DNA of 64,000 nt. Source: Candidatus Hydrogenedentota bacterium. Its GTDB lineage: Bacteria; Hydrogenedentota; Hydrogenedentia; Hydrogenedentales; SLHB01. Where the stretch lies: positions 10,862 through 74,861 of the forward strand of contig JADLHJ010000011.1 in assembly GCA_020848835.1 (NCBI GenBank), given 5' to 3'. Shown one piece after another: positions 49,826-59,753 of this stretch. The stretch's first letter is position 1, and each line of letters begins with the position of its first letter. The position numbers and the translations under genes were made by a program. The notes under the pieces are model-generated. The model made no database searches, was not told the DNA's origin, and saw nothing but the letters and a program-made list of their open reading frames with translations.

Positions 49826-50980
49826 ATGAGCGATAATTTCTACCCGCGTCCGCGCAAGTTCTCCTCCTATCATTTGGCCATGGTGGCATCAGGGTGCATC
49901 ATTGGCGGAATCGTAATCGGCAACTGGCTTGGCCGCGAAGAAGATGCACCCGCGTCTGAGATCGAACAAGTACCTCCGACTGCAATCGCAGTCGAAACCG
50001 GTTCGACACCGAAGCAGGGCGTAATTGCGCCGCTGCCTGAGAAACCGTTCACTTCTCAGTTCGAAGATGGCCAATTGCTCGCATATCGTCTTGACACAGA
50101 GATCGAAGGCGGTGGCGCGGAGATGGGCGAGTTCTCGGACGTCTACATGAAATTTGGCAGCGACGTGACGTTGTATACGCAGAAGGTCGCCGATGACGGC
50201 ACAGCAGACCTGAAGTTCACGTTCGACAACGCGTCGGTGGCGGGCACGTTTTTCGACAGCCCCTTTGAAATTGCATTGAGCCAGCCCACGCCGGGCAGCG
50301 AACCGAACGCAAACGTACCTGAGAACGCGCAAACCAAATTCTTAACAACACCGATCGAGATGCGCGTTGCGGCGGACGGCACGGTGCTCGATATATCGAG
50401 CCCCAATTCCATGAAAGACATGCTTGGTTCAATCGCCACAATTCCGCACCTCAAGTTTCCGCGTGAGGAATTGGTCGAAGGGATGGAATGGGAAACGGAA
50501 CTGAAATTGCCCGTGCCGGGAATTGGCGACGCAATCAACACCACGGTACGCAACAAACTTGTCGGGCGCGAGCGCATGGGAAATTACGAGTGCGGGGTCG
50601 TTGTACAGACCATTGGCGCAAAAGCGACGGACACCAAGGCGACTGCGGATCCAGATCGTCCGAATGAAAAGCCGATGTTATTCAGTGTCCCGCTGTTTGA
50701 TCTGCAAGGCGAGAATACGATTTATTTTGATCTAAAGACGGGGCGGCTCATCCACGCTGCTCTCGATCTCGATTTCGCGTTGCGTATCAAGGAACAGCTC
50801 GGCGATGCGGGAAAACTGCTGCAACAACTCATACCGAATATGGCAGGCGAGAACAGCGTGCCGGATTTGGACAAGATGCTGAATCCCGAAGGCAAACCGG
50901 ACTTGATGGATCTGTCGCTAAAGATCAAAGGCGGGATGAGTCTGGTCAACGAAGGTACGCCGCTTCCTATGCCGCAATGA
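49826..50980 (+). CDS. hypothetical membrane-anchored protein
   Basis: Single N-terminal TM segment (LAMVASGCIIGGIVIGNWL) and a 350-aa extracytoplasmic region. No domain recognised. Confidence 0.5.
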   Translation: MSDNFYPRPRKFSSYHLAMVASGCIIGGIVIGNWLGREEDAPASEIEQVPPTAIAVETGSTPKQGVIAPLPEKPFTSQFEDGQLLAYRLDTEIEGGGAEMGEFSDVYMKFGSDVTLYTQKVADDGTADLKFTFDNASVAGTFFDSPFEIALSQPTPGSEPNANVPENAQTKFLTTPIEMRVAADGTVLDISSPNSMKDMLGSIATIPHLKFPREELVEGMEWETELKLPVPGIGDAINTTVRNKLVGRERMGNYECGVVVQTIGAKATDTKATADPDRPNEKPMLFSVPLFDLQGENTIYFDLKTGRLIHAALDLDFALRIKEQLGDAGKLLQQLIPNMAGENSVPDLDKMLNPEGKPDLMDLSLKIKGGMSLVNEGTPLPMPQ

Positions 50981-51002
50981 CCGCGGCAAACAAGTTTCTT
51001 AA

Positions 51003-51494
51003 CTACCCTCTCCCCCGCCGTTCAGGGCGCGGCAGCAGGTCGGAGCGAAATTCCGTGCTTACAAGTTTTGCATCAACGCCCGTGCCTTGAAAGGCAAGTG
51101 CGACGGTGGCGGGCCCCTTTGCGAAGGTTGCGTCGTACGTTATCACGGTGGCGGCGGGCCCGCGTTCGCGGACGATCTTGACCCCGCGAATTGTTTTTGA
51201 TTGGTACTCGCCTAGCTTTTCATGGATAAGTTGCTGGTTCGTCATAAACTTGTCCTGATCCACCGAATCCTGGAGCGGTTTCGCCGCGCTCTCGTATATG
51301 GGTGCAAAGTCGCTCGCATTGTATTTGGCAAAATAGTTTTCGATTGCCGGTTTGAGCGGGCGTTCGCCGAGATACATGGACATCGTCATTGCGCCGAAGG
51401 TGACGACTACGAACCCAAGTGCTATGCCGAGCGCGGTCGCAAATATCGCAGGCGATCCGCGGCGAGGTGTCTGTATCTGGTTATCTTCTGCCAT
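51003..51494 (-). CDS. hypothetical membrane-anchored protein
   Basis: N-terminal TM (AIFATALGIALGFVVVTFGAM). 163 aa. Confidence 0.45.
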   Translation of the reverse strand: MAEDNQIQTPRRGSPAIFATALGIALGFVVVTFGAMTMSMYLGERPLKPAIENYFAKYNASDFAPIYESAAKPLQDSVDQDKFMTNQQLIHEKLGEYQSKTIRGVKIVRERGPAATVITYDATFAKGPATVALAFQGTGVDAKLVSTEFRSDLLPRPERRGRG

Positions 51495-51564
51495 GTCATG
51501 CGGCCTCCTTCAACAAGTGTACACCCGCAGGCTTGCGCAGGATCAAATGTGACCGGACCACGAT

Positions 51565-52680
51565 TCAAATGCGTATTGCCCGGGGGAGGCCGGTGCCGTT
51601 GCTGTGAGTGGGCGCGCGCTTTTCCCATACACCCGGAACGACTGTGCCGCATTCGTAGCAGGCGTTTCCCGTCATCCGATTTTCAATCACCGTAAAGCCG
51701 CGCCTGCGGATCAGCGTTGCGCCGCAAGCCGCACAGTTCGTGTTCTTGCGGTCGCCGACCAAACCGGGGAGATTGCCAGGATAGACGAAGCGAAGCCCTG
51801 CTTCCTTACCTGCGGCGTAAGCGCGATCGAGTTCGGTGGTGGAAGTCCGCGGCGGAGCAGTCATCTTATAGTCAGGATGAAACGCAGTGACGTGCCACGG
51901 GACATCGACCGAAACGCTTGCGATGAACTTCGCCATTTCTCGCAATTCCGTCTCGCTATCGTTGAATCCGGGTATTACCAAGGTGACCAGTTCAACCCAG
52001 AACCCTTTTTCTTTCAGCAGCACAATCGTGTCAAGAATGTGTTGGAGAACGCCGCCAAGCTGGCGATAGTGTTTGTCGTCAAAACTTTTTAGATCGACTT
52101 TGTAAAGCGACACGAATGGCCGGATATATTCGATGACTTCCGGCGTACCATTCCCGTTGCTCACATAGCCGCAGACAAGTCCCTGCTCGCGCGCTTTCTC
52201 AAACACCTTCACGGCCCAGTCCGATGTGATGAGCGGTTCGTTGTAGGTGCTCACGACGACCGGCGCGCCGTGTTGAACGGCGAGGGCGACTAAATCTTCG
52301 GCGGAACACTTTCGCGGCAACGCAACAGCGTCGTCGTCGCGCAATGCCTGGCTTGTTATCCAGTTCTGGCAATAGCCGCAATGAAAGTCGCATCCAAGCA
52401 TTCCGAACGAAAGCGCATCGCGGCCGGGGTACGCGTGGAAAAACGGTTTCTTTTCGATTGGATCAATTTGCAGACCGGCCACGTAGCCGCCTGGAACGCG
52501 AAGCGCACCGCCGCGATTAAAACGAACGCGGCAGATACCTGACCGAGCTTCTTTTATATAACAGCGGTGACCGCAGGCTACACACCGAATTGCGCCCTCG
52601 CCTTCAGCAAATGCCAAAGCTGGGGCGGCGGGAATCGTAGTCGCTTCCACGAGGTCTTTAAGCTTTAGTGGCATTGGCAC
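51565..52680 (-). CDS. radical SAM enzyme, AmmeMemoRadiSam-system (AmrS)-like
   Basis: CxxxCxxC cluster CDFHCGYCQNW. N-terminal Cys ribbon CVACGHRCYIKEARSGICRVR. Length 371 aa. Confidence 0.65.
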   Translation of the reverse strand: MPMPLKLKDLVEATTIPAAPALAFAEGEGAIRCVACGHRCYIKEARSGICRVRFNRGGALRVPGGYVAGLQIDPIEKKPFFHAYPGRDALSFGMLGCDFHCGYCQNWITSQALRDDDAVALPRKCSAEDLVALAVQHGAPVVVSTYNEPLITSDWAVKVFEKAREQGLVCGYVSNGNGTPEVIEYIRPFVSLYKVDLKSFDDKHYRQLGGVLQHILDTIVLLKEKGFWVELVTLVIPGFNDSETELREMAKFIASVSVDVPWHVTAFHPDYKMTAPPRTSTTELDRAYAAGKEAGLRFVYPGNLPGLVGDRKNTNCAACGATLIRRRGFTVIENRMTGNACYECGTVVPGVWEKRAPTHSNGTGLPRAIRI

Positions 52681-52863
52681 GGCCTAGACTCGCTCACATT
52701 AATTAATTGTATCACCAAAGCGGCTCTGTGACATGTTCGCGTGTTCAGAATTTATTCACCGCTGACCAACTTGTGACCCTTATTTCGTGTATTTTTCAAT
52801 CCTTCCATTTATCACATCTTCTTAAGTATATGTGTTTCATGGACTTGATGAACACAACATATA

Positions 52864-52879
52864 TGGCTCAAAACTTGCT
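52864..52879 (+). promoter_or_regulatory. sigma-54 (-24/-12) promoter upstream of PEP-CTERM gene 52953
   Basis: TGGCTC-AAAAC-TTGCT: GG and GC at exact consensus spacing (TGGCAC-N5-TTGCA). About 74 nt upstream of the ATG, in an AT-rich leader. Confidence 0.5.
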
Positions 52880-52952
52880 ATCCTACAAGTGGTGGTAAGG
52901 GTCAAATCTGCTGGTTCTGCGGATTTGCCAATATTGATGCAAGGAGAATCTG

Positions 52953-53630
52953 ATGAAATTCCGCTTTTTATTTGGCGTGGTGCTGGTCGCCGTCGCGTGC
53001 TTTGCGCCTGCCGGCGCTGAAGTCATTTATGACAACGGGGATTCCATCCAGTCAATTGGTTTGCCTGGGATTGATCCCTTTTTCATGCCCGCAGATAATT
53101 TCGTGCTGCAAACTGGCGCAAGCACAATCACGGAGTTCCATTGGACGGGTTATTACGCATTGAATGAAGTCGATAAAGTTGTTCCTATCGACGATTTCAC
53201 CGTCTACATTTTCGCGGACAATGGGGGCAGCCCGGGCACCCAACTTTTCAGCTTCGATGATGCCGTGACCGCCACCGCGACCGGCACAAATGCCTTGGGT
53301 ATTTTTCCCGAGTATGAATATGTGATGGCGATTGATCCCTTGGCGCTCACCGCGGGTACAACGTACTGGATCGGAATCCTGAACGATATTACGTTTCCGG
53401 ATCCTGTTAAGGGCGTAACTCCTGTTCAAAACGCTTGGTTCTGGTCTACGTCGCAAGTACAGACTGGCGATGCGCACCAAAAGTTTGTGACCGCCTGGCT
53501 TGACGCGAATGTTGAATTGGCCTTTGACTTACACGGTCCCGGCGTAGTCCCAGAGCCTGCGACGATGACATTGCTGGGTGCTGGACTCGTGGCGATCGCA
53601 GCGCGCCGCAGATTCATGCGCGGGAAATAG
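52953..53630 (+). CDS. PEP-CTERM sorting-domain protein
   Basis: Signal peptide. C-terminal VPEPATMTLLGAGLVAIAARRRFMRGK. Paralog of 54426..55076 (shared DVIYDNGD and FHW motifs). Confidence 0.8.
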   Translation: MKFRFLFGVVLVAVACFAPAGAEVIYDNGDSIQSIGLPGIDPFFMPADNFVLQTGASTITEFHWTGYYALNEVDKVVPIDDFTVYIFADNGGSPGTQLFSFDDAVTATATGTNALGIFPEYEYVMAIDPLALTAGTTYWIGILNDITFPDPVKGVTPVQNAWFWSTSQVQTGDAHQKFVTAWLDANVELAFDLHGPGVVPEPATMTLLGAGLVAIAARRRFMRGK

Positions 53631-53646
53631 TGCGCTCGAAAATGTG

Positions 53647-53687
53647 ACCGCCGCCGTTGTTGAATACGGCGGCGGTTTTTTATTTTC
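53647..53687 (+). terminator. rho-independent terminator
   Basis: ACCGCCGCCG-ttgttgaata-CGGCGGCGGT followed by TTTTTTATTTT. Confidence 0.6.
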
Positions 53688-53697
53688 GATTACTTTT

Positions 53698-54123
53698 TTA
53701 ATCCGGGATCTCGACCTTAAGTTCGCCATTTTCGATCTGGACCTTGTAGCGGCATAGACCGTCCTTTGGGTCTTCATCGCAAAGCTTTACGTCAAAGCTC
53801 CATCCGTGCCAGGGACACGTTACCTCGGTGCCGTCCAACCACCCGTCCGACAAGGGTCCCCCGGCGTGCGGGCAGGAATCGCTGACGGCGTAAAACGCGC
53901 CATCAATGTTGAAGACAGCAACGCGGTGTTTGCCGCAGGTAAAGGCTTTGCCTTCCCCGTTGGGTATCTGGTTCGCGCTGCCGATTGGGACAAGTTCGGG
54001 CATGGGTACCTCACATTGTTTGTTGAAGGCGGCAATCTTATTCGAGCCGGGTATTGTACGTCCAATCGCCACTATCTGAACTATTGTACAATTTAATTTA
54101 CTACTTTCTTTTTCTTGAGACAA
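53698..54123 (-). CDS. Rieske [2Fe-2S] domain protein (NirD-like small subunit)
   Basis: CPHAGGPLSDG ... CPWHGWSFDV Rieske ligands. 141 aa. Confidence 0.75.
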   Translation of the reverse strand: MSQEKESSKLNCTIVQIVAIGRTIPGSNKIAAFNKQCEVPMPELVPIGSANQIPNGEGKAFTCGKHRVAVFNIDGAFYAVSDSCPHAGGPLSDGWLDGTEVTCPWHGWSFDVKLCDEDPKDGLCRYKVQIENGELKVEIPD

Positions 54124-54348
54124 CTGTCAATTATTTACTTCGGCCTGCATAGCATGGGCTGAGCAAAACTCCCGATAGTTATGAAAATAATGCCCCAACT
54201 GCCAAGTTAATCACTTGACAATTTTACTATTAAGTGTTCTTCAATTGTGATTACTTTTGAATCATCGTTAAAAAAACAATTTCAAAGGTGTCCCACAAAG
54301 CGATTTGTAAATCATTGAAAATAAACGACTTGCAAATCATTTTTCGCG

Positions 54349-54364
54349 TGGCATATATATTGCT
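54349..54364 (+). promoter_or_regulatory. sigma-54 (-24/-12) promoter upstream of PEP-CTERM gene 54426
   Basis: TGGCAT-ATATA-TTGCT with perfect GG/GC spacing. About 62 nt upstream of the ATG, in a ~300-nt AT-rich leader. Confidence 0.55.
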
Positions 54365-54425
54365 ACTCTCCTTACGCATTCTTAGGCTGTGTTCTGGGTA
54401 AACAAAAAATAGAGGTGGGAGAGTT

Positions 54426-55076
54426 ATGACAAAGACACTAGCGCGCATGGCGATGGTTGTCCTCCTGCTGCTCGGCGCTGTGTCGAGTCAGGCGGACGTC
54501 ATCTATGACAACGGAGATCCTTCGGGATACATCGCTCCGACGAGCAGCTATCTGCTCACGATTCTGGATGACTTTGAACTTGAGACGGGTGCATCGACCG
54601 TTACCGATTTTCATTGGTATGGCGCGTACTATGGTGATGTTCCCGCCGAAGACGATTTCACGCTGTACATCTTCGACGAAAACTTCAACCTTGTAACCGA
54701 GATCGATGGCAGCGGCACCACGCGCACTGCGACCGGTGAAACCGTTGACGTTCCGGTCTTTGGCGGCGACTACGACGAGTATTACTACGAACTCTTCGTG
54801 GATCCGATCAACCTCACGGCAGGTTCGACCTATTACCTCGGTATCGCCAATGCCAATAATGCAGCGTGGGCCTGGGAAGGTACCGACAATGTGTTCGACG
54901 GTTTTGCGCTTTGGTATCAGCCGGAAAACGAATTTGAAGACGTCGGCCTGGGTGACTTCTCGTTCCAGATCACTGGCGACGGTACGACCGGCGTAGTTCC
55001 GGAACCGGCTTCGATGACGCTGCTTGGCCTTGGCTTGGTGGTAGTCGCCGCGCGCAGGAAGTTTTCGCGCAGCTAA
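54426..55076 (+). CDS. PEP-CTERM sorting-domain protein
   Basis: Signal peptide. C-terminal VPEPASMTLLGLGLVVVAARRKFSRS. Confidence 0.8.
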   Translation: MTKTLARMAMVVLLLLGAVSSQADVIYDNGDPSGYIAPTSSYLLTILDDFELETGASTVTDFHWYGAYYGDVPAEDDFTLYIFDENFNLVTEIDGSGTTRTATGETVDVPVFGGDYDEYYYELFVDPINLTAGSTYYLGIANANNAAWAWEGTDNVFDGFALWYQPENEFEDVGLGDFSFQITGDGTTGVVPEPASMTLLGLGLVVVAARRKFSRS

Positions 55077-55094
55077 TACGTTGAATTGATTTGC

Positions 55095-55133
55095 GAGCGC
55101 CCTCGGCCTTGCGCCGGGGGCGCTTTCTTTTTG
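55095..55133 (+). terminator. probable rho-independent terminator
   Basis: GC-rich hairpin GAGCGCCC...GGGCGCT followed by TTCTTTTTG. Confidence 0.5.
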
Positions 55134-55241
55134 CGCGTTGCTGGAATCCCGCGTCGCGTTTATGTTGTTATAGTGCTTATCCACGTCATTTCTGGGAAGA
55201 ATTTTGTTTGGCCCTTCGGGCCGTAAGGAAGGAGACGATAG

Positions 55242-55850
55242 ATGCCCTACACATTGCCCCCGCTGCCGTATGCGTTCAACGCGCTGGAACCGCACATCGA
55301 CGCGAAGACGATGGAAATCCACCACGGCAAACACCACCAGGCCTACATCACGAACGTGAATACGGCGCTGGAAGGCACGGGGATTGATGCGCACCCCATC
55401 GAAGAGGTGTTGAAGAACATCAACGACGTGCCGGAGGCGAAGCGCCAGGCGGTTATCAACAATGGCGGTGGCCACGCGAACCACACCCTGTTCTGGCAGA
55501 TCATGGCGGCAAACGCGGGCGGTAAGCCGAGCGGCGATCTGGCGAAGGCCATCGACGCAGAGCTGGGCGGCTTTGAGAAATTCCAAGAGGATTTCACGAA
55601 GGCGGGGACGACGCGTTTCGGTAGCGGCTGGGCATGGATCGTCGTTGGCAAAGACGGCAAGTTGCAAGTCATCAGCACCGCGAACCAGGATTCGCCGTTG
55701 ATGCAGGGCCTCACGCCCATTCTTGGCATGGATGTGTGGGAGCACGCGTATTACCTCAACTATCAGAACCGCCGGCCGGATTACATCAAGGCGTTTTTCA
55801 ACGTCATCAACTGGCCAAAGGTCGCGGAATTTTACGCTGCCGCGAAATAG
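55242..55850 (+). CDS. Fe/Mn superoxide dismutase
   Basis: [40 protein letters not shown] and C-terminal DVWEHAYYL signature. Confidence 0.9.
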   Translation: MPYTLPPLPYAFNALEPHIDAKTMEIHHGKHHQAYITNVNTALEGTGIDAHPIEEVLKNINDVPEAKRQAVINNGGGHANHTLFWQIMAANAGGKPSGDLAKAIDAELGGFEKFQEDFTKAGTTRFGSGWAWIVVGKDGKLQVISTANQDSPLMQGLTPILGMDVWEHAYYLNYQNRRPDYIKAFFNVINWPKVAEFYAAAK

Positions 55851-55873
55851 GCAATTTCGCAGCATCTTTTTTG

Positions 55874-55908
55874 GGGCCGCGCGACTGTCGCGCGGCCCTA
55901 TTTATTTT
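55874..55908 (+). terminator. rho-independent terminator after SOD gene
   Basis: GGGCCGCGCG-actgt-CGCGCGGCCC followed by TATTTATTTT. Confidence 0.6.
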
Positions 55909-56016
55909 GCCCAACGGGTTGCATTGACGAACCCCGCGAAGAGGTTTAGCGTATAGGTATAAGCGTGTACGCGCGCATGGTTTTCCAGGTGCCGCAGTTG
56001 TGGCGAGGTCCGGGGC

Positions 56017-56406
56017 ATGGGTATTACCTACGAAATTCAAGACGACGTAATTCGCTTCACCACGCATGGCGCGGTGGATTTCGTCGAAGGGTTGCATGTT
56101 CTTCAATGCGGCTTTGCCGAAGCTTCCGATATCACAGCAAAGGACGCGTCGCGGAAATGGTTTCTCCTGTTCGACGTGCGCGAGTCGACTGAATCGCGTA
56201 CATCTGGCGAGTTGCGCGACATCGCGACGCTAATCGCATCACATCGCGGCATGCTGAAGGGACGCAGCGCGATCATCGTTTCAAAGCCGTTGTATTACGG
56301 ACTCGGGCGGATGTTTGCGGTGTTTATGGAGAGTTTTGGTTTGACGACTTCGGTGCTGCATTCGGATGAGGAGGCGCTGCATTGGCTGCACGCGCCGTTG
56401 CATTGA
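56017..56406 (+). CDS. hypothetical protein
   Basis: 129-aa ORF with good composition. No recognisable motif. Confidence 0.45.
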   Translation: MGITYEIQDDVIRFTTHGAVDFVEGLHVLQCGFAEASDITAKDASRKWFLLFDVRESTESRTSGELRDIATLIASHRGMLKGRSAIIVSKPLYYGLGRMFAVFMESFGLTTSVLHSDEEALHWLHAPLH

Positions 56407-56523
56407 ACACAACACCAAAGAATCAGCGCACGCACGGTAGCGCAGCTTCGACTGAATATGACGCTGGGCTCCGAGACGCGCCGCGCTCAGGCGAGCGAGG
56501 CGCTACTTGCGCGCGATCCTATA

Positions 56524-57228
56524 TTAACCGCCAATGCCAAACTTCACGTTTACCGAAACGCGCACGTCAATTGCGCCCGGCGCGAAGGTGCCTTGCACTT
56601 CATCGTCTTGCATGATCGCCGCGGGTGCGATCGTGTTGGAAATGTTCGTGTAGGCAAATGCTCGATCTGATGTTTCCTCGACAGTAATTACCGGACCGAG
56701 TGTCGCGCCGAGTTCTGCGAGCATGGACTCCGCTTTCTCTTTTGCGATTTTCGCCGCGCGCTTGCGGGCTTCTTTGCGCAACTCCAGAGCTTGCGACGAT
56801 TGCCACGAAAAATTCACGTCGGCCTGTGTCTTTTCGACGAGCGCGTTGAAGAACTCATCGAAGCGATCGAGATCGCGCTGCTTCACCACAACGCTGCGCT
56901 GCACAAGGTAGTGTTTGAATTCGGTTTGACGGCCTTGTTCATCGTGGTTGTACTCTTTGCCGACAGAAACGTTTGAGGTCTGCATGTCGGCGGGTTCTGT
57001 GTCGAGCGATCGGATTAATTCCATTGCAGCGGTGACGCGTTCGTCGTTGCGTTTCTTTGCGTTCAACAAGTCCGGGTTGGTATCGACAATGTTGATGTAC
57101 CACGCGACGTGGTCCGGCACGACTTGCACGACGGCAGTGCCGGTTACGGTAATGTTGCGCTCGGTTTCGGCGAGGGCGAGCGGTAATAGAAAAGATGCGA
57201 AAGCGATTAGACGAAGTGAATTGCGCAT
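56524..57228 (-). CDS. SIMPL (DUF541) domain periplasmic protein
   Basis: Signal peptide MRNSLRLIAFASFLLPLALA. ITVTGTAVVQVVPDHV start and overall DUF541 pattern. Confidence 0.7.
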   Translation of the reverse strand: MRNSLRLIAFASFLLPLALAETERNITVTGTAVVQVVPDHVAWYINIVDTNPDLLNAKKRNDERVTAAMELIRSLDTEPADMQTSNVSVGKEYNHDEQGRQTEFKHYLVQRSVVVKQRDLDRFDEFFNALVEKTQADVNFSWQSSQALELRKEARKRAAKIAKEKAESMLAELGATLGPVITVEETSDRAFAYTNISNTIAPAAIMQDDEVQGTFAPGAIDVRVSVNVKFGIGG

Positions 57229-57475
57229 GATCGTGGACTCCTGTTGTTTTGCATCATACTGCCTAGACACGCCGGAGTTGTGATCTATTTGTAAAAGAAA
57301 TCTATCGACTCGAACAAAATTGCCACAACCCTTTCAGGGTTGAGAAAGAGAATGGTGAGGCACACGGTTACCCAGGGTAGACCCGCCTGCGTCGAAGCGA
57401 CTCCGGCGGGTCAACCCTGGGCTGCACGCTGAAATCCCTTCGGGATAATAAAAATGAGGATTGCTTCATTCATTC

Positions 57476-59188
57476 CTATTTTCCACTTGCGATACCGGCT
57501 ATTGCGAAATCGATTGCGGTATCAATTGACACAACGCCGCTTTCGCCGGTGTCGCGGCGTTTCCATTCGATGTTACCTTCTTTGAGATTGCGTTCGCCGA
57601 CGATGAGACGGACTGGGATGCCGAGGAGATCGGCATCGGCGAATTGTACGCCGGGGCGTTCGTCGCGATCGTCGAAGAGGACTTCGATACCTTTTGCGGT
57701 GAGGTCGGCATAGAGTTTTTCGGCGGCTTCTTTGACGCCGGGTGTGTTGAGTTTAAGGGCGTTCAGGTGGACCTGCCACGGCGCGACCGACATTGGCCAT
57801 TTCGGGCCGTATTGATCGCGGTGGACTTCCATGATCGAGCTCATCATGCGACCGATACCGATGCCGTAGCAGCCCATGATCGGCACGCACTTCTGCTGCG
57901 CTTCGTCGTTGTAGGTCATGCCCATCGACTCGGTGTACTTCGTACCGAGCTGAAAGATGTTCCCCACTTCGATGCCGCGCTGCAATGCGATCACGCCTTT
58001 GTCATCCGGTGTGCGATCGCCGTCGGCGATCATCGCGATGTCGTGCGTTTCTACGCCCGGGAGATCGCGCGAGAGATTAAAGTTCTTGTAGTGATAATCG
58101 GCTTCGTTTGCGCCGGTGACGAGATTGTTCGAAGTTGCCACCGTCGAATCGACGACGATGCGCCACTTCGATTTGTCGAGTCCCAACGGCGAAGCAAAAC
58201 CGGGCACGCCGCCCGCACCGCGAATGCGCGCGTCGTTTGCGGGTGTTGGAATTGCGCGGATAATTTTCGCAAGTTTGGGTTCGCAGATTTCGCGATCGCC
58301 GCGAATTACCGCGATGACCGGTTTGCCGTGTTCATCGGAATCGTAGAAGACGGCCTTCGCGGTTTGGTGTTGCTGTACGCCGAGGAATGCTGCGACTTCC
58401 TCAATCGTCTTTTGATTCGGGGTGTGTACTTTTTCCAAAGCCTGTTCTGCTTCTGCGTAGCCTTGGATGATCCCTGTAGCGACTTCGCGGTTTGCGTAAT
58501 AGCCGGTTTCCGTGCAGGTCGCGATGGTGTCCTCCCCCACTTCGGTGAGGAGAATAAACTCATGCGAAATTTTTCCACCCATCATGCCGGAGTCTGCTTC
58601 GACGGCGACGACGTTCGAAAATCCCGCACGCTGAAAGATGCGTTCGTAGGCGCGGAAGCATTCCATATAATAAGACTCAAGATCTTCCTTCGTGCGGTGG
58701 AACGAGTACCCGTCCTTCATCGTGAATTCGCGGACGCGGATAAGCCCGCCGCGCGACCGCGGTTCGTCGCGGAATTTGGTCTGGATTTGGTAGACCATGA
58801 AGGGCAACTGGGCGTAGCTGTGGATTTCGTTGCGGCAGAGGTGGACGACCCCCTCCTCATGGGTCATGGCGAGGACCATGTCGTGGCCGGCGCGGTCTTT
58901 GAACCGGGCCAGCTCCGGCCCGACGCTCTGGTAGCGGCCGGACTCCTCCCATAGTTCGCGCGGCTGGGCCAGGGGCATCAGCACTTCCTGGCCGCCGATC
59001 CGATCCATTTCCTCTCGCACGATGCGCTCGATTTTGCGAATCACTCGTAGGCCGGCCGGCAGTAAAGAATAAATCCCGTTGGCAACCTGCCGGGCGTAGC
59101 CCCCACGGAGGAGAAGTGCGTGGGATTCAAGGGTGGCTTCGGCCGGGCGTTCCTTATATCGATGGCCGACGAGTTCGCTCATGCGCAT
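57476..59188 (-). CDS. proS: proline--tRNA ligase (bacterial type with INS editing domain)
   Basis: Class II motifs (FRDEPRSRGGLIRVREF, GCYGIGIGR). Anticodon-binding C-terminus. ATG at 59188 gives MRMSELVG. Confidence 0.9.
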   Translation of the reverse strand: MRMSELVGHRYKERPAEATLESHALLLRGGYARQVANGIYSLLPAGLRVIRKIERIVREEMDRIGGQEVLMPLAQPRELWEESGRYQSVGPELARFKDRAGHDMVLAMTHEEGVVHLCRNEIHSYAQLPFMVYQIQTKFRDEPRSRGGLIRVREFTMKDGYSFHRTKEDLESYYMECFRAYERIFQRAGFSNVVAVEADSGMMGGKISHEFILLTEVGEDTIATCTETGYYANREVATGIIQGYAEAEQALEKVHTPNQKTIEEVAAFLGVQQHQTAKAVFYDSDEHGKPVIAVIRGDREICEPKLAKIIRAIPTPANDARIRGAGGVPGFASPLGLDKSKWRIVVDSTVATSNNLVTGANEADYHYKNFNLSRDLPGVETHDIAMIADGDRTPDDKGVIALQRGIEVGNIFQLGTKYTESMGMTYNDEAQQKCVPIMGCYGIGIGRMMSSIMEVHRDQYGPKWPMSVAPWQVHLNALKLNTPGVKEAAEKLYADLTAKGIEVLFDDRDERPGVQFADADLLGIPVRLIVGERNLKEGNIEWKRRDTGESGVVSIDTAIDFAIAGIASGK

Positions 59189-59620
59189 GGCGGGGAATGG
59201 CTCCTTTGGTTGGTCAATGGGTCGGTAGGTTATAGCAGAGCTTCCATTTATATTGCCACTTCGTTGCATTGGGGATTTGGGAAATAAGGGTTAATTGCTT
59301 GACGAAATTCTTGTAAGCCGTTTAATAATTGATGGTTATGGGAAGTATGGGGCGTATGGGATATGTGGAATGACTGGAGCCGGTTCGGTATTAGCCCTGT
59401 GTTTAGGGACTTGCTTTAGTGATTTATTATCATTTTTCATATTTAAGAACGTTAATTAATTACGTATAGTATTGAGTTGCGTGAAGTGGGTTTGGGGCAT
59501 TTACCGACCCAATCCGGGGAACTTTGATGAGTAATGTTTTGTTTGCGGGGTATTCGGTGTAGAATATGGTAGTATAGGGACTGAGGGTTCCAGAGGGGAT
59601 TCCAGAGACAAGGAAAATTA

Positions 59621-59649
59621 TTGACAATAGTGTCGTGTTGCTCCATAAT
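59621..59649 (+). promoter_or_regulatory. candidate sigma-70 promoter for the LRR lipoprotein gene
   Basis: TTGACA - 17 nt - CATAAT in a low-GC divergent intergenic region. Confidence 0.35.
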
Positions 59650-59753
59650 ACAACAGACTGAGGAGGTTGTGTTTGGGACTTTGCTGGGCCGTTGCCCGTA
59701 GCGAGACGGGTGCTGGCCGCAACACGCGCACTTGCGCCATGGGAATGAGTGGC

